Assembly: GCA_038131935.1 (NCBI GenBank)
Contig: JAYPQH010000030.1
Span: 32,001 to 96,000 of the forward strand
Source of the DNA: Alphaproteobacteria bacterium
GTDB lineage: Bacteria; Pseudomonadota; Alphaproteobacteria; UBA8317
Direction of reading: 5' to 3'
Length of the DNA stretch: 64,000 bases
A model generated the notes under the pieces. That model was not told where the DNA came from. It did no database searches and was given only the letters and a program-made list of their open reading frames with translations. Below, in pieces: positions 30,794 to 40,203 of the stretch (positions are counted from its first letter, which is position 1; each line of letters starts with the position of its first letter). The position numbers and the translations under genes were made by a program.

Positions 30794-32317
30794 ATGGTGG
30801 AAAAAAGATCAACGATATTGTGCATCTTAGATGGGTGGGGATTGCGTGATGATGTGCGCGACAATGCCATTCACCAAGCCAACACCCCCCATTATGATGA
30901 CTTGTTGAACCATGCTCATGTTTCCCAGCTTGCAACCTATGGAATAGAAGTGGGATTACCAGAAGGGCAGATGGGCAACTCAGAAGTTGGACATATGAAC
31001 ATCGGTGCAGGTCGTATCGTTTGGCAAGATTATCCCAGGATTAACAATGCAATCGAGACAGGAGAATTTGCCAAAAACCCACAATTGGTACATTTTGCGG
31101 AAAGTTTGAAAACCACCGGTGGGCGCGCCCATTTGCTAAGCCTTTGTTCTGATGGTGGTGTCCATGCACATACCCATCATGTGGTTACAGCGGCGAATCT
31201 GTTGGCAGAACAAGGCCTTGAGGTCGTGCTGCATGTCATTACTGATGGCCGCGATACCCCCCCACAATCTGCACTTCAGAGCCTGCAGAACTTGGCTCAA
31301 CATTTAGATTCTAGCGTGTGTATGGGCTCTTTGAGTGGTCGTTATTTTGCAATGGATCGCGACCAGCGTTGGGATCGGGTAGAGCAGGCCTACCGAGTAA
31401 TTTCAGGGCAATCATCCATCACCAGCCTCACGCCAGAGCAAGTCATTCAAGAGGCTTATGCACAAAATCTGAGTGATGAGTTTATTCAACCTGTACAATT
31501 TGAACATCATAGCATGTCAAAAGGTGATGGTTTGTTCATGCTCAATTTTCGTGCGGATCGCGCACGTGAGCTGCTTGAAGCGTTTGTGGATCCTGAATTC
31601 ACAGGGTTCACCAGACCCCAGCAGATAGAATTTTCAGGATGTCTTGGTATGGTGTCTTATTCCGAGCATCTCAATAAGTTCATGTCTTGTATGTTTGCAC
31701 CTGTTGGTTTGCCTTACACCTTAGGTGAAGTGATTTCAAATGCGGGGGGAAGCCAGCTCCGTCTTGCAGAAACTGAAAAATATGCGCATGTCACCTTCTT
31801 TTTTAATGGAGGGCGGGAAGCAACATTTCCTGGGGAAGAAAGGATTTTGATCCCATCACCGAAAGTGGCTACTTATGATCTTAAGCCAGAAATGTCAGCG
31901 CCAGAGGTAACAGCGGCATTAACAGATGCGATCCGCGCGAAAACTTTCGACCTTATCGTCGTCAATTATGCAAACCCTGATATGGTCGGACATACAGGGA
32001 TCATGAGCGCAGCTTTGCAAGCTGTTGAACATATTGATAGCTGCTTGGGTGCTGTACGAGCTGCAGTTGACGAAACCCATGCTACATTATTGGTAACAGC
32101 TGATCACGGAAATATTGAGATGATGAAAGACCCTGAAACAGGGGCCCCTTCAACATCTCACACGGTAGGTGAGGTTCCCTTTATTCTTTACCCCAGAACT
32201 GCAGCCTCACATCTTCGTGAAGGTCGGTTATGTGACATTGCACCGACGATCCTTGATCTCATGGATTTGGAGCAGCCACAGGATATGACAGGAACGTCTC
32301 TGGTGCGTGCCGTTTAA
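30794..32317 (+). CDS. gpmI: 2,3-bisphosphoglycerate-independent phosphoglycerate mutase
   Basis: LDGWG, GQMGNSEVGH, AETEKYAHVTFF, ANPDMVGHTG and TADHGN. Confidence 0.97.
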   Translation: MVEKRSTILCILDGWGLRDDVRDNAIHQANTPHYDDLLNHAHVSQLATYGIEVGLPEGQMGNSEVGHMNIGAGRIVWQDYPRINNAIETGEFAKNPQLVHFAESLKTTGGRAHLLSLCSDGGVHAHTHHVVTAANLLAEQGLEVVLHVITDGRDTPPQSALQSLQNLAQHLDSSVCMGSLSGRYFAMDRDQRWDRVEQAYRVISGQSSITSLTPEQVIQEAYAQNLSDEFIQPVQFEHHSMSKGDGLFMLNFRADRARELLEAFVDPEFTGFTRPQQIEFSGCLGMVSYSEHLNKFMSCMFAPVGLPYTLGEVISNAGGSQLRLAETEKYAHVTFFFNGGREATFPGEERILIPSPKVATYDLKPEMSAPEVTAALTDAIRAKTFDLIVVNYANPDMVGHTGIMSAALQAVEHIDSCLGAVRAAVDETHATLLVTADHGNIEMMKDPETGAPSTSHTVGEVPFILYPRTAASHLREGRLCDIAPTILDLMDLEQPQDMTGTSLVRAV

Positions 32318-33099
32318 CCAACAAACGCGCGTTCAACGACAAACTGACCTGGCATGCTGTTGGATCCCTCTGTTAATCCTGCAGCTTCAACACAGGCTTT
32401 GGTGTCTTTGATCATCGGCATGGAACCACACATCATCACACGATCTGTCTGAGCATCAAGGGGGGGCAGGTTCAACAGTTCAAAAAGCTTTTGGGAGGTA
32501 ATGAGATCTGTAATGCGTCCCATGACGGGTGATGGTTCGCGCGTGCTCGTGGCTAGATGTCGAAGCTTGCCGGCTGTCATCTCTCCCAAAAATTCATGCT
32601 GGGTGATTTGTTGTATCAAATCATATCCATAACGCAGCTCGGCCACTTCACGACATGTATGGGTTACAATGACCTCATCAAATTTTTCATAAGTCTCTGG
32701 ATCACGCATAACGGAGGCAAATGGAGCCAGGCCGGTTCCTGTTGAGAACATATATAGGCGTTTACCAGGCAGCAGCGCATCATGAACAAGTGTCCCGGTC
32801 GGTTTTTTCTTCATAAAAACACAGTCACCTTTTTTGACATGCTGTAAATGTGAGGTGAGTGGCCCGTCTGGAACCTTGATAGAATAAAATTCAAGCTCCT
32901 CATCCCAAGATGGTGAGGCGACAGAATAAGCACGCCATATGCGCTCTACCTGTGGTAAACCAATCATGACAAATTCACCCGAACGAAAACGAAATTCTCG
33001 TGGGCGATGGGTGCGAAAGCGAAACAATTTTTCCGTATAATGCTCGGTCTCTAAAACCTCTAGTTGATAGCTGCCTGCAGGGATATCTGTGGTACTCAT
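32314..33099 (-). CDS. fpr: Ferredoxin--NADP(+) reductase
   Basis: RAYSVAS, GPLTS, TGTGLAPF, MMCGS and C-terminal ERAFVG. Confidence 0.95.
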   Translation of the reverse strand: MSTTDIPAGSYQLEVLETEHYTEKLFRFRTHRPREFRFRSGEFVMIGLPQVERIWRAYSVASPSWDEELEFYSIKVPDGPLTSHLQHVKKGDCVFMKKKPTGTLVHDALLPGKRLYMFSTGTGLAPFASVMRDPETYEKFDEVIVTHTCREVAELRYGYDLIQQITQHEFLGEMTAGKLRHLATSTREPSPVMGRITDLITSQKLFELLNLPPLDAQTDRVMMCGSMPMIKDTKACVEAAGLTEGSNSMPGQFVVERAFVG

Positions 33100-33227
33100 T
33101 GTTTTGTTCCAAGCCATTGATAATGTTTTGCATACAAGGGTTACGCGTAGCGCATGGAAGGCTGTCTTGGCAATTTCGTCGATGTTGGCCTATGGCTAAA
33201 GTTGCAAATTGTTGAAGGATTGTCGAG

Positions 33228-34112
33228 ATGAGTGGGTCATTGCTTGTCCTCATAGCCACCATAGCATTGGCCTTTAAGGGGATTATCGCCAGCCTTATTT
33301 TTCAATATGGATTGGGTGTTTCTGAACTCGTTACGTTGAGATTTGTAATTTCAGCGCCTTTTTTCCTTTTGTTTTGTCTGCTCAGTTGGTCACAGAGGTC
33401 ACATATCCAACGTCAAGATATTCCTGGTTTGGCCGCCTTAAGTGCCTTGTTCTTTGTCGGGACATACGCCGATGCTGTCTCCGTGAAATATCTTGGGGCG
33501 GGTTTGTCCCGTATGATTTTATTCCTTTTTCCCCTATTCATTATGATTTATGACGCTTTTCGCTCACAGCAAATCCCATCTTGGGAGAAATTGGCGGTCT
33601 TCTCAATTGCCTATTTGGGAATAGGTTTGATGATATTGGGGCCAGGACTTCAGTCACTAACCCATGAAATATGGATAGGGGTAGCGTGTGGGCTTACGTC
33701 CGCGCTCACCTATGCAACTTTTCTGAGGTTGAACCAGCATATGCTCAAATCCGTAAGACCTCAGGCCATTAACGCCCAAGTGGCGTTGGTGGCTTCCGTG
33801 ATGATGTTAACCCTTGAGGGTCAAAGCCTTGATCTTAGCCCCATGAATGGTGAGGTTTGGGCTTTGATTATCTTGCTCGCTATTGCGGCCACTGTCATCC
33901 CATTTTGGTTGATGTTAGAGGGTATGCGGAGAACCACAGCTGGACATGCATCCTTAATTGCCATGGTAGGTCCAGCCATAACCATGACTGCAGCGATGGT
34001 GATACTCAATGAGCAATTTAGCTTGATACAATGGGTAGGTTTTGCATTGATCATGGTGGGTATGGGGGTTTTACAATGGCCATCTCAAAGGGCAAAGTCA
34101 GCTTCACCCTAA
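33228..34112 (+). CDS. DMT/EamA family transporter
   Basis: About 10 TM segments in two repeats; LRF, ATVIPFW and ILNEQF. Confidence 0.88.
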   Translation: MSGSLLVLIATIALAFKGIIASLIFQYGLGVSELVTLRFVISAPFFLLFCLLSWSQRSHIQRQDIPGLAALSALFFVGTYADAVSVKYLGAGLSRMILFLFPLFIMIYDAFRSQQIPSWEKLAVFSIAYLGIGLMILGPGLQSLTHEIWIGVACGLTSALTYATFLRLNQHMLKSVRPQAINAQVALVASVMMLTLEGQSLDLSPMNGEVWALIILLAIAATVIPFWLMLEGMRRTTAGHASLIAMVGPAITMTAAMVILNEQFSLIQWVGFALIMVGMGVLQWPSQRAKSASP

Positions 34113-34132
34113 GCCCTGCTCGCATGTTTTTC

Positions 34133-34651
34133 TTAAGATGTTGAACAAGCTGCCTTTGCGAGACCATCTGGCATTGCGTCCTGCCAAGCATCTTTTGCTA
34201 CCTGATAGTTGGCTTGTAGCAACTGTTCCTTGTCACGGATCAAGGCGAGCTTTTCCTCTGCACAATCAACCAAAACCAAGGCTTTGAGTGGCTGTTGGTA
34301 GCGTGCCCGCAAATGGCTCTCTACAAGACGTAAGCTAGGCTTGTCAGATGGGGTTTGCACGGCTGATGGGTCAATAGCGGCAAAGCGTAAAACCCGAGGA
34401 GCCACAAAACTCCACGGTGCGAAAAGACTCTGACTTGGGAATGTTTCTGCCACCACAAGATGGGGAGGAAGCGCACGCTGCGCGTGCGCAAACCAGCTAT
34501 ATTGTTGGTACATGCTATGCCCCATGACGCCGATCAATACGGCCACAGGTGTCACAAAAAAAGGTAATGGCTTTGCATACCGTGAAATAAGCTGAACCAA
34601 TGCAAACATTACGAGTCCAGCCAGCAAGCTGGTTAGCAAATCAACAGCCAT
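34133..34651 (-). CDS. Hypothetical membrane-anchored protein at the end of the ABC operon
   Basis: Two N-terminal TM segments, then QYSWF...PWSF..P.V.RF and a C-terminal Cys pair; co-oriented 30 nt after livF. Confidence 0.7.
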   Translation of the reverse strand: MAVDLLTSLLAGLVMFALVQLISRYAKPLPFFVTPVAVLIGVMGHSMYQQYSWFAHAQRALPPHLVVAETFPSQSLFAPWSFVAPRVLRFAAIDPSAVQTPSDKPSLRLVESHLRARYQQPLKALVLVDCAEEKLALIRDKEQLLQANYQVAKDAWQDAMPDGLAKAACSTS

Positions 34652-34681
34652 ATTCCCATCACTTTTTTTGCGGCAACCTTA

Positions 34682-35431
34682 TTAGATTGCTAGATATTCC
34701 CGACGAAGATCAGCATTGTCCAGAACTTCTTTAGCCGTTCCATCAAACACCACCGAACCGGTGTCGAGTATCACGGAACGGTCGGACAATTCTAGGGCCG
34801 CAATGGCATTTTGTTCAACAATGATGGTTGTGATTCCTTGTTCGCGAATATGATGGAGTGTTTTTTCAATTTCTTGAACGATCACCGGTGCTAGCCCCTC
34901 GAAAGGTTCATCGAGCAATAAGACTTTAATATCGCGAGCAAGGGCCCTGGCAATGGCCAACATTTGCTGTTCACCACCTGACAAGGTAACGCCTTCTTGT
35001 TTCTTCCGCTCGCCAAGTCTTGGGAAAAGGTCATAGATTCGATCTAACGTCCAACCAACAGGTTCAACAATCTGTGCCAGCTGAAGGTTTTCTTCAACAG
35101 TTAAGCCAGGAATAATACGCCTATCTTCAGGAACCAGCGCACAACCTGCAACCGCAGCTTCATGGGCTTTCATACTATGCAGATGCTGATGGTCGAGCCA
35201 GATTTCACCTTGGACCAATTGCGGGTCACCAAGTCTGGCAATGGTTCGCAACGTTGAGGTTTTACCTGCCCCGTTGCGGCCAAGTAACGCCAAGATTTCA
35301 CCTTCATGAACATTAAAGCTTATTCCTTGAACAATGTAGCTTTCGCCATAATATGCGTGGACATTGTATAAGGACAGATAAGCGGGTGCTGTTGAGGCAT
35401 GATTGGCATTTTTTTCAAGTTTGGATTCCAT
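34682..35431 (-). CDS. Liv-type ABC ATP-binding protein (LivF-like)
   Basis: GRNGAGKTS, LSGGEQQMLAIARAL and LLDEP. Confidence 0.95.
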   Translation of the reverse strand: MESKLEKNANHASTAPAYLSLYNVHAYYGESYIVQGISFNVHEGEILALLGRNGAGKTSTLRTIARLGDPQLVQGEIWLDHQHLHSMKAHEAAVAGCALVPEDRRIIPGLTVEENLQLAQIVEPVGWTLDRIYDLFPRLGERKKQEGVTLSGGEQQMLAIARALARDIKVLLLDEPFEGLAPVIVQEIEKTLHHIREQGITTIIVEQNAIAALELSDRSVILDTGSVVFDGTAKEVLDNADLRREYLAI

Positions 35432-35444
35432 AATATCAGTCCTC

Positions 35445-36200
35445 TCAACCATGCCCGCCAAGATAAGCTTCTTGAACTTTGGGGTGACCTTTGATGTTTT
35501 CTGGCTTGTCATCGACAAGTGGCGTGCCGCGCGCCATGACGGTGACATGCTCTGCGAGAGAAAAGACAACATGCATATCATGTTCGATGATGGCCATGGT
35601 AATTTTTCGCTTGGAACGAATTTCTTTAAGCAAATCGATGGTGTTGTTGGTATCTGCACGCGCCATGCCTGCGGTCGGTTCATCCAACAACAAAAGCTCA
35701 GGTTCTTGGCTGAGACACATGGCCATTTCCAGACGCCTTTTGTCACCTCGCGACATACTTGCTGCGCGCATCTGCCTTTTATCAATCATGTTCACATCTT
35801 GGAGCATCATCTCAGCTTGCTCCAGGATATCTCTCTCATCGCGAACAGCACGAAAAGCTTTTAAGCTGAATGAGCCGTCCCTTTTGGCCAACAAGGGTAT
35901 CAAGATATTCTCCATCACCGTCAGATCGCCAAAGATTTCTGGTGTTTGAAAGACCCTGCTGATTCCCAGCTGGTTAATTTGGTAGGGTTTGCGCCCAATC
36001 AAGCTAGCCCCTTTGAACGTAACGGTCCCTTCATCAGGTGTGAGTTTCCCAACAAGGCAATTCAGCAAGGTCGATTTGCCCGCCCCATTGGGGCCAATAA
36101 TGGCATGGACGCTATCTTCCTTGATGGCGATGTTAACGTTGTCTAGTGCTTTGAGTCCTCCAAAACGTTTGGAGACGCCTTTGATTTCAAGTATGCTCAA
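35445..36200 (-). CDS. Liv-type ABC ATP-binding protein (LivG-like)
   Basis: GPNGAGKS, LDEPTAG and IEHDMHVVF. Confidence 0.95.
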   Translation of the reverse strand: MSILEIKGVSKRFGGLKALDNVNIAIKEDSVHAIIGPNGAGKSTLLNCLVGKLTPDEGTVTFKGASLIGRKPYQINQLGISRVFQTPEIFGDLTVMENILIPLLAKRDGSFSLKAFRAVRDERDILEQAEMMLQDVNMIDKRQMRAASMSRGDKRRLEMAMCLSQEPELLLLDEPTAGMARADTNNTIDLLKEIRSKRKITMAIIEHDMHVVFSLAEHVTVMARGTPLVDDKPENIKGHPKVQEAYLGGHG

Positions 36201-36211
36201 CTGCTTGCTCC

Positions 36212-37417
36212 TTATTCTGAAGGTTCAACTTGCCGTTGGGTTTGGCCGGCAGAATTTTTTTCGTTATTTTTACTGAACATTTTACCGATCTTTTGAGCGC
36301 CCTCGACAAGACCACCTGGTAGGAAAATCACAACCAGCATAAATACCAAGCCAAGTGTAAGATGCCAGCCTTTACCAACAAAGGGGTAAAAAATTGCAAC
36401 GATAACGTCTTCCAATCCATCAGGCATGAAGGCGAACCATTGATGCAAAATCTCAGAATTGATCTTGGATATGATGTTTTCCATATATTTGATCACACTT
36501 GCTCCCAAGATCGGTCCAATCAAAGTTCCCACCCCGCCAAGAATGGTCATCAGAACCACTTCGCCACTGGCGGTCCAAAACATGCGTTCGGGGCCTACTT
36601 GGGTATCCATGGCAACCATTAAGCCGCCAGCAAGGCCAGCATACATACCGGAGATCACAAAGGCAGCAAGCGTATGTGGTTTTGGGCTCAAACCCGTGTA
36701 ATTCATTCGCTGCTGATTGGATTTCACTGCACGCAACATCATCCCAAATGGTGATCGGAATATGCGGATCGCAATATATAAGCTGACCAGCATGAACAGT
36801 GCTGCCACATAATAGCCCATGTTAAAGGTGAAGGCCCATTGTCCCAATTCCCACTCAATGCTGTTGGTCATTTGAATACCAAACAATTCCGCCCGTGGGG
36901 CTTCCCCAGGTTGCAAAGCAGCATCTAATATCCGTGGATCGTCTAATTTTGGTTGCAAGCCTGTTTCTCCACCTGTAATTGGCGTGAGAACCGAATAGGC
37001 AAGAGCATAAGACATTTGAGCAAAAGCCAAGGTGAGAATAGAGAAATAAATTCCAGTTCTTCTGAGTGAAACATAACCCACCAACACTGAAAATAACCCT
37101 GCAATCAGGACAGCCATAATGATGGCTGGGAAAACATTTACCGTAAACAATTTGATCATCCAAATCGCTGCATAGCTTCCCACGCCTAAAAAGGCTGCAT
37201 GGCCGAAGGAAAGATAGCCGGTTAATCCAAATAAAATATTAAACCCGATGGCAAAAATACCAAAAATGACAAATCGCTGCATCAAGTCAGGATAGCCTGC
37301 ATTGAATTGTGCCAGTTCGGAACCCTCTGGAAAGGGGTTCAATAGGATAGGCGCAAACATGGTGAGGATCGCCACCACGATGAAAAGAAACAGATCTTTG
37401 CGTTCAAGTCCGAGCAT
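36212..37417 (-). CDS. Liv-type ABC permease (LivM-like)
   Basis: [24 protein letters not shown] and [12 protein letters not shown]. Confidence 0.94.
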   Translation of the reverse strand: MLGLERKDLFLFIVVAILTMFAPILLNPFPEGSELAQFNAGYPDLMQRFVIFGIFAIGFNILFGLTGYLSFGHAAFLGVGSYAAIWMIKLFTVNVFPAIIMAVLIAGLFSVLVGYVSLRRTGIYFSILTLAFAQMSYALAYSVLTPITGGETGLQPKLDDPRILDAALQPGEAPRAELFGIQMTNSIEWELGQWAFTFNMGYYVAALFMLVSLYIAIRIFRSPFGMMLRAVKSNQQRMNYTGLSPKPHTLAAFVISGMYAGLAGGLMVAMDTQVGPERMFWTASGEVVLMTILGGVGTLIGPILGASVIKYMENIISKINSEILHQWFAFMPDGLEDVIVAIFYPFVGKGWHLTLGLVFMLVVIFLPGGLVEGAQKIGKMFSKNNEKNSAGQTQRQVEPSE

Positions 37418-37420
37418 GAC

Positions 37421-38455
37421 TTAGTCCTCCATCACGCCGCGACGGCCCATAAGGCCGCGAGGACGGGTCAATAGGATGATGATGGCCACCAGATAAATAA
37501 TGATTTGGTTGATGCCTGGGATAAAGGCGATGACTTCCTTCATGGATGCGAAGCTCTCGAGAATACCTAGCAAAAAACCTGCCAAGACAGCCCCAGGAAG
37601 CGAACCCATGCCACCGACGACGACAACCACAAAGCTTAAGACAAGAAAGTCCATGCCCATATGATAATTGGGGGCATTAATGGGGGTGTACATCAATCCA
37701 GCCAAACCTGCGACAACCGCCGCCAAGGCAAACATTATGGTAAAACGACGATCGATATTGATACCCAACAACCCAACAGTTTCTCGATCTGCCATCCCCG
37801 CGCGTACAACCATACCAAAGGTGGTGAATTGTAAAAAACAGAAGACAGCACCGATAATTGTTAAAGAAAATAGAAAGTAAACGAGGCGCCAATAAGGGTA
37901 AATAATGCTATTTTCTGCAAGACCAATCATCGCACCAAAATCAAAGCTACCTGCAAAAACTTCAGGAGCTGGGGTTGGGATAGGGTTGGCGCCATAAAAC
38001 AACTTGATGATTTCTTGAAGAACAATGGCAAGTCCAAAGGTGACCAAGATCTGGTCAGCATGGGGTCTTTTGTAAAAATGTTTGATCAGGCCACGCTCCA
38101 TCGCAAAGCCTATGGCAATCATCACAGGTATCGCAAAAACAATGGCTAAGGGCACTGCCCAGTCGAGCACAAATCCACCCCATTCTGCGCCCAACCAATG
38201 CTCTATATAAGGGGTGTCAACCTTGAGGGGGTTTCCTAAAAAATCTTTGCGGGTAGGATCGATCGTTTCAAACGAGATATTGATAAGACGCTGAAATGTG
38301 ACCGCGCAGAATGCTCCCACCATGAAAAGTGCGCCATGGGCGAAGTTGACAACACCAAGTGTTCCAAAAATCAATGTAAGTCCCAGAGCGATCAGGGCAT
38401 AAGCGGACCCCTTATCTAAGCCGTTGAGTATTTGCAACAAAATTGCATCCATCAT
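37421..38455 (-). CDS. Liv-type ABC permease (LivH-like)
   Basis: GLTLIFGTLGVVNFAHG and VVVVGGMGS. Confidence 0.94.
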   Translation of the reverse strand: MMDAILLQILNGLDKGSAYALIALGLTLIFGTLGVVNFAHGALFMVGAFCAVTFQRLINISFETIDPTRKDFLGNPLKVDTPYIEHWLGAEWGGFVLDWAVPLAIVFAIPVMIAIGFAMERGLIKHFYKRPHADQILVTFGLAIVLQEIIKLFYGANPIPTPAPEVFAGSFDFGAMIGLAENSIIYPYWRLVYFLFSLTIIGAVFCFLQFTTFGMVVRAGMADRETVGLLGINIDRRFTIMFALAAVVAGLAGLMYTPINAPNYHMGMDFLVLSFVVVVVGGMGSLPGAVLAGFLLGILESFASMKEVIAFIPGINQIIIYLVAIIILLTRPRGLMGRRGVMED

Positions 38456-38512
38456 CCCCACCTTTCACTGCATGACGTAAGCCTGGCACATATGAGATAT
38501 GGCCAGTTAAAG

Positions 38513-38537
38513 AAGCCAGCCGTAAGGCGGCTGGCTT
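38513..38537 (-). terminator. Intercistronic stem-loop or terminator after the SBP gene
   Basis: AAGCCAGCCG-taagg-CGGCTGGCTT, followed by CTTT on the minus strand. Confidence 0.75.
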
Positions 38538-38554
38538 GTTCGATTGTAGGACTA

Positions 38555-39946
38555 TTAGGCGCCTGGGTTGCAGGTTCCCAGATTGCCGCCAAAAATGGCT
38601 GCATCATAGGTAACTTGAGAAACAGGCGTGATTTCAACAACTTCCAGAAGGTCGAATTCTGAGGTGGGGTTTTCTTTACCACGCACAACCAGAACGTCTT
38701 TGAAGCATTGGTGGTCATTGGCGCGGTAGAGTGTTGGACCATTGCCCAAGCCGTCGAATTTGAATCCTTCCAAAGCTTCCACAACCGCACAAGGGTTGAA
38801 GCTTTTGGCCCTTGTAACAGCATCCGCATACAATAAGGTTTGGCAATATACGGTATGTGCCGCCTGGCTTGGTGGGAAGCCATACTTTTCACCAAACGAA
38901 CGCACAAATGCGGCTGACGCAGCATCTGGTGCAATTTGGTTGCCTTTGGCGTCTTTGAAACCTTGAGCCAAGGACCAATGCCAGTTGGTTGATCCAAAAA
39001 TGCCCTTAACGTTGGCACCTGCACCCTTAGCCATCAAACGAGAATATAGGGGAACAACAATTTCAAAGTTTTTCCCATTAACTTGTTTAGAGCGGAGTCC
39101 AAACTGCACAGCATTGGTCAATGAGTTAACCATATTGCCGCCATAATGGTTGAGGACGAGTACGTCGGCACCCGATTGCAACACAGGGGCAATATAGGAA
39201 GAAAAGTCCGTTTGCGTTAAGGGTGTACGCACTGCAGCAACTGTTTCCCAACCCATGGCCTCAGTTGAATTTTTGACGGCTTCTTCCGTTGTGTACCCCC
39301 AGTTATAGTCGGCGGTAAGGTGGTAAGCCTTGCGGTCTTTGCCATAAGCTCCAGCAAGAACCGGCGCCAGGGCTGCACCTGACATGTAAGAGTTGAAGAA
39401 GTGACGGAAGCCGTTGGCTTTTTTGTCTTTTCCAGTTGTATCATTGGAGTGGGTTAGGCCAGCCATGAAGATGACACCAGCTTCTTGGCAAAGTGCTTGC
39501 ACAGCCACAGCCACACCTGATGATGAACCACCGGTGATCATGATGGCGCCATCTTTTTCAATCATGGAGCGTGCTGACGCACGCGCGGCGTCTGATTTTG
39601 TCTGGGTATCACCTGTCACATAGGTAACTTTCTTCCCCAAAATACCTGTTCCATCAAGAACCTTCGAAGAAAAGGTATTAAGCATACCGCCATCACCGAC
39701 GCCATTGAGGTGGTCGACAGCCAATTTATAGGCACGCAATTCGTCCGCACCCTCATCAGCGTAAGCGCCTGTTTGAGGTACGTTAAAGCCTAATGTGACT
39801 GTGCTACCTGTGGGAGCATTGGTGAAGCCACTATGACCACCAGCCCATGAAGCTGATGTGAAGATTGTTGGCATTGCCAACCCTACACCAGCTGCCGTTG
39901 ACACTTTTAACATGTCCCTGCGGGACCATTTTGTATGAGCGCTCAA
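38555..39946 (-). CDS. Tat-exported Liv-family substrate-binding protein; TTG start
   Basis: AGGGAGG RBS then TTG; Tat motif SRRDMLK; GFNVPQTGAYADEG, GGSSSGVA, THSNDTTG and TADYNWG. Confidence 0.92.
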   Translation of the reverse strand: MSAHTKWSRRDMLKVSTAAGVGLAMPTIFTSASWAGGHSGFTNAPTGSTVTLGFNVPQTGAYADEGADELRAYKLAVDHLNGVGDGGMLNTFSSKVLDGTGILGKKVTYVTGDTQTKSDAARASARSMIEKDGAIMITGGSSSGVAVAVQALCQEAGVIFMAGLTHSNDTTGKDKKANGFRHFFNSYMSGAALAPVLAGAYGKDRKAYHLTADYNWGYTTEEAVKNSTEAMGWETVAAVRTPLTQTDFSSYIAPVLQSGADVLVLNHYGGNMVNSLTNAVQFGLRSKQVNGKNFEIVVPLYSRLMAKGAGANVKGIFGSTNWHWSLAQGFKDAKGNQIAPDAASAAFVRSFGEKYGFPPSQAAHTVYCQTLLYADAVTRAKSFNPCAVVEALEGFKFDGLGNGPTLYRANDHQCFKDVLVVRGKENPTSEFDLLEVVEITPVSQVTYDAAIFGGNLGTCNPGA

Positions 39947-40203
39947 ATTACCCTCCCTTGGTTTCGTTATGGCGCAACGCATGAAGTGTTTTGGGTATTT
40001 TTTTCTTGTTATTCGTCCACTACACTTGACTGCTAAAATAGGCAGACATGAAGATACATCACAATAAAAATTATCACTGTATTTGTAATACTTTAGGGCA
40101 AGATAATGCAGGTTTTTGGGCGATGCTTAGACTTTTGTAGTTGTCCTTTTGTCGTAAATTGCTCTTTGATAATGTTACCTTGAAGCAACTTTATTGGTAA
40201 AAA

